NCBI GenBank assembly: GCA_016207165.1
Contig: JACQQD010000010.1
Coordinates: forward strand, 1 to 29,020
DNA: 29,020 bases
Source of the DNA: Candidatus Micrarchaeota archaeon
Lineage (GTDB): Archaea > Micrarchaeota > Micrarchaeia > Norongarragalinales > Norongarragalinaceae
Reading direction: 5' to 3'
Shown here: one piece after another, positions 1-6,085 of the stretch
Layout: every line of letters starts with the position of its first letter
Numbering within the stretch: position 1 is the stretch's first letter
Position numbers and translations under genes: made by a program
The notes under the pieces: model-generated
Seen by the model: only the letters and a program-made list of their open reading frames with translations
What the model was told of the DNA's origin: nothing
The model's database searches: none

Positions 1-2
1 CC

Positions 3-698
3 ACTGTACGTACCCGTCAAACGACCATCCGGCACAGTACCATTCACAAGGTTACCAGCATCCAACGCCGTCAAAGACGAACCGTTACCAATGAAGGCAC
101 GCGTCAACGTAGGCCCAGTAAAGTTGGTAGTACCATTATAGGCAACGCCCACCAGGATACCGTTTCTCAACGTGAAAGAGGGCGTGCTGATTTCAGCGCC
201 GGTGCCCGCGTTTTCCACGATGTTAAGCACAGCGCCACCACCGGTGGCCGCGGACGTCTTGTTAAGGGTTACGAGGGATTCGTTCAACGCGCTCTGCACG
301 CCGAACACGCGTTCGGAGGTGCGGGCAAACGGAGCGGCACCCAATCGCATGCGGGGCGTCAAAACTTCGTTGGAGACGTTGATTTCAAGCCACAGGCTTT
401 CCGAGAAGTTCACGTTGGCCAGGGATGCGTTGTCGCCCAAGAGCACGTCGAAAAGGCCGTTGACTACAGTATAATTGTTGGCGCCAATGCGGTTTTCCGT
501 CCAGACGGGCGTGCTTCCCACGGACGCATTAAACAAGGAGAAGTTCAGGGAACGCGAACCGGAAATGACGGAACCCGTGGAATTGAGGAGCTTGCCTTGG
601 AGGGGAACGAGAATCGGGGGATTGGCGGCGGCCACCAGGCTCACGAACATCAACGCAAAAACGGCCAAGAAAACCGGGTTCACAAAGCGACTCGACAT
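3..698 (-). CDS. Secreted fibre/adhesin-like protein, N-terminal part (runs off left edge; absent from ORF track)
   Basis: Manual translation from ATG 698 (SD GAGGGG): MSSRFVNPVFLAVFALMFVSLVAAANPPILVPLQGKLLNSTG...VWTE...VVNGLFDVLLG...LWLEINV..EVLTPRMRLGAAPFA...GNGSSLTALDAGNLVNGTVPDGRL. Signal peptide plus the QGxL/NGLF/PRxxLxxxPFA domain typical of tail-fibre-like proteins. Confidence 0.8.
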   Translation of the reverse strand, partial: MSSRFVNPVFLAVFALMFVSLVAAANPPILVPLQGKLLNSTGSVISGSRSLNFSLFNASVGSTPVWTENRIGANNYTVVNGLFDVLLGDNASLANVNFSESLWLEINVSNEVLTPRMRLGAAPFARTSERVFGVQSALNESLVTLNKTSAATGGGAVLNIVENAGTGAEISTPSFTLRNGILVGVAYNGTTNFTGPTLTRAFIGNGSSLTALDAGNLVNGTVPDGRLTGTYS

Positions 699-751
699 AT
701 TATCCCCTCAACCAACGTGTAAAAACTATTTTTGAAAGGGAATTGAACCAG

Positions 752-762
752 GCTTTATAAGC
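752..762 (-). promoter_or_regulatory. TATA-like box for the fibre-like gene
   Basis: Minus strand reads CTTATAAAG about 55 nt upstream of ATG 698, in an AT-rich gap. Confidence 0.45.
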
Positions 763-812
763 TTGAGTAAAGTTTTTTTTACAAAAAGTAAAGAATCAAT
801 TACACGAGGCGG

Positions 813-1334
813 TTAGGTGACGGAGATTTCGCTCTTCTTTTTGCCGCCTTTCTTTTGGAAAAGCACTTCCAGGATGCCGTTCTTGTAGGAGGCTTTCGCC
901 GATTTTTCGACGGTGCCTTCCGGAAGGTGGACGTCTTTGGTAAACGCGCGTTCGGCATCGCCGACATCGATGTGCAGCACGCCTTTTTCCGAGTTCATGT
1001 GGATGTCTTTCTTTTCGACGCCGGGCAGTTCCACGACCACGCGCACTTCGTGGGCGGCGTTAACCACGTCGACCAAGGGCTCGCGCTCGTTTTTGATTTT
1101 GCCTTGCTGGACGTTGCCGAATTGCTCGACGTGGGGTTTGCCGTCGGGTCCCACGCGCATGGAAAAGCCGTACACCAAGGGCTTTCCGGGCTCTAAACGT
1201 TGCTTGTGCAACTCGTCCATCTGCTTACGCATGGACTCGAAGACGGACCCAAAGTCCGCGTCCAGCGACTCGAACAAATCCTCGAAACCAAACGGGTCGT
1301 CGTCGGAAAACATTCGCCGTCGTTTCTTCACCAT
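813..1334 (-). CDS. hsp20: Archaeal small heat-shock protein Hsp20
   Basis: VYGFSMRVGPDGKP..EQFGN, REPLVDV, ELPGVEK and ASYKNGILEV alpha-crystallin motifs; SD GGTGAG. Confidence 0.95.
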   Translation of the reverse strand: MVKKRRRMFSDDDPFGFEDLFESLDADFGSVFESMRKQMDELHKQRLEPGKPLVYGFSMRVGPDGKPHVEQFGNVQQGKIKNEREPLVDVVNAAHEVRVVVELPGVEKKDIHMNSEKGVLHIDVGDAERAFTKDVHLPEGTVEKSAKASYKNGILEVLFQKKGGKKKSEISVT

Positions 1335-1392
1335 GCACTCACCAAAACAGGTTATGCCGCCAAAACCATTTAACGTTTTGGACGGGAAAATG

Positions 1393-1460
1393 AAGATCAG
1401 CCGCTATCAGCATCCTCATCGGGCTTGCGCCCTAGGTGGTTGTTCGCGGTCATCACGAAC
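1393..1460 (-). ncRNA. C/D-box 2'-O-methylation guide sRNA (predicted 23S A-loop and 16S 5'-region targets)
   Basis: Minus strand: GTGATGA (C, 1456-1450), CCGCGAACAACCA, CCTA (D'), GGGC-GCAA-GCCC hairpin, GATGA (C'), GGATGCTGATAGCGG, CTGA (D, 1400-1397). TTTAAAG TATA about 25 nt upstream. Confidence 0.85.
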
Positions 1461-1480
1461 AAAGCATTGGCCGCACGCGG

Positions 1481-1488
1481 CTTTAAAC
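1481..1488 (-). promoter_or_regulatory. TATA box for the C/D sRNA
   Basis: GTTTAAAG on the minus strand, about 25 nt upstream of the C box and preceded by an A-rich BRE-like run. Confidence 0.55.
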
Positions 1489-3423
1489 TCACCGTTTTTT
1501 TCGAGCGGACCGCAGAAAATAGGATTCCAGGTGCGGGCTAAGCTTTTTTTTCTGGAAGGGGTGCCGGGGCGAAAAACGGTTCAACTTGGACAAGAGGCTG
1601 GCTTCTTTTTTGCGGAACTCCGACAAAAGTTTCCTGGCCTGGGCGGGGTTCTTGCCGGCCAACGCCTCGCCGATGCGCTCCTGGGATTTGACGCGTTCGG
1701 CGTTCAGTTCGGCAATCAGCGCGTTGTGTTGGTCAAAGCGTTTGGCCTTGGAGAAAAGAGTTCCGCCGCGGGCATACCCTTCGACGGGTGCGACGTAGTC
1801 GCGGCCCGACCAAAACAATCCGGAAAGAACCAACAGGGAGAAAACCACGTAAAGCGCGGGAACGGTTTCAAAAAGAACCGGCACGGACGCGGCATGCATC
1901 CACCCCAACGTCAAAAGACCGGCGACCAACATGAAAAAACCGGCGACGGCCTGCGCCGCCTTTTTCACGGCCCACGGCCCCGCCAATTGTTCAACGAGCA
2001 ACGACGCCAAAAAGCGAAGCTCTTGGAGGCTGCGGAACACCGGCCACACCAGAAAGGGGAGGACCAACAGCACGCGGGAGGCCTCCACGGGCAAACCCAG
2101 GAACGCAGGCAGAGTGAGTTGGTCTCCAAACGCGGCCGCCACGTACAGAACGACGCCCACGGCCACGACGTACAACAGCAACCGGTTCAAGGACGACCAG
2201 AAAAGGTCTTGAAAGGCTTTCACGCGCGGCGACGTCAAGTGCTCGAGTTTCTCCTCGATTCGGCCCGACCGGGCGGGCAAAGAGGAAAACCATCGGGACA
2301 GGATGGGTCGGCTGTCAAACAACAAGGGCGTCAAGAGCGCCGACGCGATGCACAACGCCACGGAGACTCCCAACGCATCCGGCCAGAAGCCTTGCGCGGC
2401 GAAACCCAGAAGCAAGGCGAACTCGCCTAAAGGAAACAACAACACGCCGACAGTCGCCGAAACCGTTGGACTGAAGCCCAACGCGCGCGCCATCACGCCG
2501 AACACGAAGACTTTGGCCAACACGTACGCGGCAAACAGGCCCACGAAAAGCGGCCAAATGGAATCCGGAAACGACGCCAAAGCGCCGACGCCGACGAAGA
2601 AAAAAACGTAGAAAAGTTCGCGGAACGAATGAAAACGCTCTCGGAAAAACGCGGCCGCCGGCGTGCACGCCAACGCAAAACCCGCGAAGTACGCGCCCAA
2701 CCAAGAAAACAACCCCAGTTGGCTGAAAGCCGAAGCGGAAACAACGCCGACGGCCAAGGCAAACGCCACCAGTCCAATGGCGTGGTCCTGGGCGTTCCAG
2801 GCACTGGAAAGCCACGAAGAGACCCGACGCACCAGCCAGAACAACGCCAAGAACAACAACACGGCATACGCGGAGTCCCACGCCACGCCTCCGTTCACGG
2901 AGACGGCGGCCACGAAAACCAGCAACGCCAACGCGGCGACGTCTTCAAAGACCAGGGCGTCGGACGCCAGCCGCGCGTGCGGCCAATGGCTCAAACCGAA
3001 GCGTCCCATGAACTGCCAGGCCATCACCGTCGACGTGGCCGACAAAAAGCCGCCGGCCACCAGGGACACGACCAGAGGAAAACCCAACAAGGACGAGACG
3101 GCAAACCCGGCGGCAAAAACCGCCGCCATTTCAAACAAAGAAAGAACGGCGGCCGGCATTCCCGACTTTTTGAAGGCGTTCAAATCCAACGCCAAACCCA
3201 AGTAAAACAAAAGAGCCAACACGCCCAATTCCAACACGAACGAGGACAGCGGTTGGCCCGGCACCAACACGTTCAACCCAAATGCCCCCAGAACCAAGCC
3301 CGCGGCCAAGTACCCCAACGCGGAAGTGAAGCCCAAGCGCGAAAAAATGCCGCCGAGCACCAGCGCAAAAACGGCGACACCGCCCAGCCACACCACCGGC
3401 ACCACGGACGCGTCCAGAACCAT
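1489..3423 (-). CDS. CPA2-family cation:proton antiporter with extended C-terminus
   Basis: GYLAAGLVLG, ELGVLALLFYLGL, LSATST, LVFED, GAYFAG, FFFVGVG and PLGEFAL motifs; very hydrophobic. Confidence 0.9.
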   Translation of the reverse strand: MVLDASVVPVVWLGGVAVFALVLGGIFSRLGFTSALGYLAAGLVLGAFGLNVLVPGQPLSSFVLELGVLALLFYLGLALDLNAFKKSGMPAAVLSLFEMAAVFAAGFAVSSLLGFPLVVSLVAGGFLSATSTVMAWQFMGRFGLSHWPHARLASDALVFEDVAALALLVFVAAVSVNGGVAWDSAYAVLLFLALFWLVRRVSSWLSSAWNAQDHAIGLVAFALAVGVVSASAFSQLGLFSWLGAYFAGFALACTPAAAFFRERFHSFRELFYVFFFVGVGALASFPDSIWPLFVGLFAAYVLAKVFVFGVMARALGFSPTVSATVGVLLFPLGEFALLLGFAAQGFWPDALGVSVALCIASALLTPLLFDSRPILSRWFSSLPARSGRIEEKLEHLTSPRVKAFQDLFWSSLNRLLLYVVAVGVVLYVAAAFGDQLTLPAFLGLPVEASRVLLVLPFLVWPVFRSLQELRFLASLLVEQLAGPWAVKKAAQAVAGFFMLVAGLLTLGWMHAASVPVLFETVPALYVVFSLLVLSGLFWSGRDYVAPVEGYARGGTLFSKAKRFDQHNALIAELNAERVKSQERIGEALAGKNPAQARKLLSEFRKKEASLLSKLNRFSPRHPFQKKKLSPHLESYFLRSARKKR

Positions 3424-3476
3424 ACGCCAAGAAACCCGTCGTGAAATAAAAAGCCGTCGAACTGGACTGGCGTTGG

Positions 3477-4319
3477 TTACACCGTCAGCGTCAAGCCGTC
3501 AAACCCGATTTGAAACGACGCGGAATCATGCGCCTTGGACAACGCGTCGTGCGGGCCTGCCGCGTGGCTCACGTGCAACGCCACCGTTTTCTTGGCGCCC
3601 GCCTGTCGACCCAACGCCTTGGCTTGCGGAATCAGTAAGTGGTTGAGTTTTTTCCTGGAAAACTCGGATTCAAACTCGGCGTCCGTTAAATGCAAAACCG
3701 CGAAACGCATGGCGGTCCTAAACTGGTCCCTGGATTCAAGCCACCCATCCGTCAGCAGCAAATCAACGCCTTCAAGCGCAGCCAGAGTGGACGGCAACAC
3801 GTTGGCGCGCGTGTCCGTCAACACGCCGACTTTTCTGCCCTCGGCTTCCACCAGAAAGCCTTGCGTCTCAATGGAGTGATCCACCTCCAGCGGCGTAATT
3901 TTGAACGGCCCCACTTGAAACGAAACACCGAATTTGGTCTCCTTCAACTGAAACGTCTTGAAGTCCTGGAGGTAGCCGTACGCGGCATCCGAAAACAAAT
4001 GCTTCAACGCGGCTGGCCGCGCAAACAAGGGAACACTTTTTCCCGAAAACGAGAATTCGCCTAACCCCGCCACGTGGTCGAAGTGCTCGTGGCTCAACAA
4101 GACGGCGTCAAAGTCTTTCGGCGCTAAACCCCGCTCCAACAACGCCGAACGCAAGTCCGGCGACGCGTCCACCAAGACGCGCGTGCTTTCGGACTCCACA
4201 ATCAAGCCGAAGCGCCTGCGCTCGAAACCATTTTCTCTGGCCCACGAACACACGGGACAAAAACAGCCCAACTTGGGCGTGCCCCGCGTGTCGCCAGAAC
4301 CCAACACCGTAATTTTCAT
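3477..4319 (-). CDS. PhnP-like MBL-fold metallo-hydrolase
   Basis: Start moved to MKITVLGSG (ATG 4319); GTPxxGCxCxxC, DASPDLR, SHEHFDH, DH, TD, HL and HVSH motifs. Confidence 0.9.
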   Translation of the reverse strand: MKITVLGSGDTRGTPKLGCFCPVCSWARENGFERRRFGLIVESESTRVLVDASPDLRSALLERGLAPKDFDAVLLSHEHFDHVAGLGEFSFSGKSVPLFARPAALKHLFSDAAYGYLQDFKTFQLKETKFGVSFQVGPFKITPLEVDHSIETQGFLVEAEGRKVGVLTDTRANVLPSTLAALEGVDLLLTDGWLESRDQFRTAMRFAVLHLTDAEFESEFSRKKLNHLLIPQAKALGRQAGAKKTVALHVSHAAGPHDALSKAHDSASFQIGFDGLTLTV

Positions 4320-4356
4320 TTTTTTCACGTGCCAAAAGCAAGCCAACAATCGTTAA

Positions 4357-4394
4357 GGAGCTTGTCGATGTGGGCGGCAGCCCCCATCGACTCC
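4357..4394. repeat. GC-rich palindromic hairpin (member 1 of local hairpin family)
   Basis: gtcgatg-t-gggc-ggca-gccc-c-catcgac flanked by ggag/ctcc. Confidence 0.75.
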
Positions 4395-4401
4395 GCTCAA
4401 A

Positions 4402-4517
4402 ACGAGCCCGAGGGGATTCGGCACCGGGACCACAGGGGGCTCCGCCCCCTATAGTCCTACGCTTCCCCGAACCCCCCGACTTGCGGGCGAACTGAACTAC
4501 GAGCCCGAGGGGATTCG
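4402..4517 (-). mobile_element. Miniature insertion/att scar in the tRNA-Arg 3' end (19-bp direct repeat, 97-bp period, internal hairpin)
   Basis: acgagcccgaggggattcg at 4402-4420 and 4499-4517; 14-bp stem at 4427-4457 between them. Confidence 0.7.
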
Positions 4518-4606
4518 AACCCCCGGCCTACTCCTGTGCCCTCGCGGTCCGGAAACCCTTTCCGCATTAGGACGGAGCCGCTCTATCCAGGCTGAGCTAC
4601 GGGCCC
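4500..4606 (-). tRNA. tRNA-Arg(CCT) with 32-nt intron at 37/38 (4536-4567)
   Basis: GGGCCCG TA GCTC AGCCTGGATA GAGC G GCTCC GT CCT A [intron] A GGAGT AGGCC GGGGG TTCGAAT CCCCT CGGGCTC G. BHB motif: GTCC/GGGC helix with TAA and ACA bulges. Confidence 0.93.
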
Positions 4607-4630
4607 AATGCAAAAAACGTGTACACCGTA

Positions 4631-4640
4631 AATTATAATT
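4631..4640. promoter_or_regulatory. Palindromic, probably bidirectional TATA box (tRNA-Arg and ORFan A)
   Basis: Perfect palindrome AATTATAATT, about 25 nt from both the tRNA 5' end (4606, minus) and GTG 4664 (plus). Confidence 0.6.
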
Positions 4641-4663
4641 GGTGGTCAAAGGAAAAAAACAGC

Positions 4664-5164
4664 GTGGAACTGGAACGCCTGCAAGAAGCCGGATTGGTTT
4701 CCAAGGAAAAAATGAGGTCGTACCGAAAGCCCGATGTATACGACGGCAACCTCGTGGAGAAAGAAGAGCACCGCGTCTACGCGGTTCCATTGTCTGAAAT
4801 TCTGGGAGAAAACGTGCCGGGCCGCGCGTACGTGGCCGTGCGCGAACTTTGGTTTTCCGACCCGAAGCGGCCCCGAATCGTGCGCCACGTCTTGGGCGTC
4901 GTCCACCCTGGCGACCTGCCCGTCCTGGCCGCGCGAACTCTCTCCCGCAAAACGCAGGCCGTCTACGCGGAGGAGCGCTGGCAGGAACACATTGAAGGTC
5001 GGCTGGAAGAACTGGAAAAAGGGCCGTTTGAGAAACCGCTTCCATTTCACGCGTTCACAGAAGAAGGCCGGCAGAAAGCGGAGGAGGCGTTGCGATACGC
5101 CACCGGCAAGAAATACATTTATTGGACGCCTCCAAACCATCCCCCAACCAGGAAAGAAAGTTGA
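4664..5164 (+). CDS. Hypothetical protein (ORFan A)
   Basis: E/K-rich ORF; GTG 4664 lies behind AAGGA and about 25 nt after the TATA box (track start 4619 is upstream of the TATA box). Confidence 0.6.
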   Translation: MELERLQEAGLVSKEKMRSYRKPDVYDGNLVEKEEHRVYAVPLSEILGENVPGRAYVAVRELWFSDPKRPRIVRHVLGVVHPGDLPVLAARTLSRKTQAVYAEERWQEHIEGRLEELEKGPFEKPLPFHAFTEEGRQKAEEALRYATGKKYIYWTPPNHPPTRKES

Positions 5165-5171
5165 ACTTGAA

Positions 5172-5327
5172 ATGGTCATCGAGGCACTCAAGGAAAAGCA
5201 GTGGATTTACCACCGTTTCCAAAACATGATGACGGAGATTCAAGACCAAATCCACTTCGTTTCCGACCCCGAACTGCCCGGACACATGATCCCGGTGCTC
5301 GTGAGGAAAAAAACAGCGTGGAACTAA
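5172..5327 (+). CDS. Small hypothetical protein (ORFan B)
   Basis: MVIEALKEKQWIYHRFQNMM...TAWN; host-like codons; starts 7 nt after the ORFan A stop. Confidence 0.4.
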   Translation: MVIEALKEKQWIYHRFQNMMTEIQDQIHFVSDPELPGHMIPVLVRKKTAWN

Positions 5328-5530
5328 TCGGCTTGGACGCGAAACGAACCCGAAAAAGCGTGCCGGCCACGCAAATCATGGGCATCGTGCCCTTGGAAAC
5401 AATTCCAAGCGGTCATCGAATGGAAAATGGGGTGTGGAATCCTCAAAAAATGCAGCTGGCCGTACACAGAATTGCGGACACAGAATTTGGGGAACGCATC
5501 CGAATGAGAATTCTGGGCTCCCAGGCCTAA
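5318..5530 (+). CDS. Small hypothetical protein (ORFan C)
   Basis: GTG start behind GAGGA, inside a 22-bp repeat of the ORFan A start region; MELIGLDAKR...GSQA. Confidence 0.45.
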   Translation: MELIGLDAKRTRKSVPATQIMGIVPLETIPSGHRMENGVWNPQKMQLAVHRIADTEFGERIRMRILGSQA

Positions 5531-5607
5531 GCCCGATTTTTAAGGGCTTCCAATTCAGACAGCAAGTTCCACACCAGCGTTCGGGCATGCATGGGCAGGT
5601 TGACGTC
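5527..5607 (-). pseudogene. Displaced duplicate 3' end (26 codons plus stop) of the UPF0147 gene
   Basis: Encodes DVNLPMHARTLVWNLLSELEALKNRA*, identical to the peptide from 5660-5740 but with 16 synonymous codon differences. Confidence 0.9.
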
Positions 5608-5659
5608 GGTCGCCCCAGGGGGAAGCGTCCCCCTTGGCCCGCCCTGGGCCTCGACCCCC
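5608..5659. repeat. Structured GC-rich spacer between the two UPF0147 3' ends
   Basis: GGTCG/CGACC outer pair, AGGGGGA-AGCG-TCCCCCT (5617-5634) and GGCCC-GCCCT-GGGCC (5636-5650). Confidence 0.75.
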
Positions 5660-5914
5660 TCACGCCCTGTTTTTCAGGGCCTCAAGCTCGCTGAGCAAAT
5701 TCCAAACAAGAGTTCGAGCGTGCATGGGCAGGTTTACGTCGTTGGAGACTTCGTCCAAGGCGTACACGGCGGCCGAGATTTTCGTGGAAAAGTCGTCCGA
5801 GCTTTGGAGTCGGGCTTTGGCGTCCGCCATTTTGGTGCGGACGTTGCGCGGCACCGAGTTGTCGTCGATAAGCATGTCCAAAAGCGGATACATTTTCTCG
5901 AGTCGTTCACTCAT
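5660..5914 (-). CDS. UPF0147 family protein
   Basis: DxSVPRNVR and LDEVSNDVNLPMHARTLVWN signature; ATG 5914 preferred as start. Confidence 0.92.
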   Translation of the reverse strand: MSERLEKMYPLLDMLIDDNSVPRNVRTKMADAKARLQSSDDFSTKISAAVYALDEVSNDVNLPMHARTLVWNLLSELEALKNRA

Positions 5915-6085
5915 GCCAATCACGGAAAAGCGTTCACGCGTCGCGGGAAAGCCACAGCGCCAACGGGTTTACTACGTTTGGGAAGTGGCACGCTTATAAA
6001 CGTATTTTTCGGATTTTCCGCGAAAAGCGTTAAATAGCGTCTCCCGCTTTAATGCATTCCTGATTTTTCGGGTGGGGAAAAGCGC

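Noticed and set aside
172-735. Two plus-strand ORFs in the track
   Set aside because: Antisense to the fibre-like gene, which has an SD, signal peptide and recognisable motifs.
913-2430. 505-aa plus-strand ORF, and similar long antisense ORFs such as 8415-9851, 7453-8454, 24088-24933 and 27988-28878
   Set aside because: Shadow frames of well-supported genes in GC-rich DNA; no motifs.
4403-4506. Second, split or permuted tRNA with a T-loop intron (GGGCTCG TAGTTCAG...GGGGGGTTCG...CGAATCCCCTCGGGCTCG)
   Set aside because: No complete D arm or anticodon arm, no convincing BHB, and it would overlap the real tRNA's acceptor strand; an att duplication is simpler.
5527-5740. DGR template/variable repeat pair
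   Set aside because: Differences are all synonymous and not confined to adenines (e.g. GCT/GCG, CTT/CTG); no reverse transcriptase in the window.
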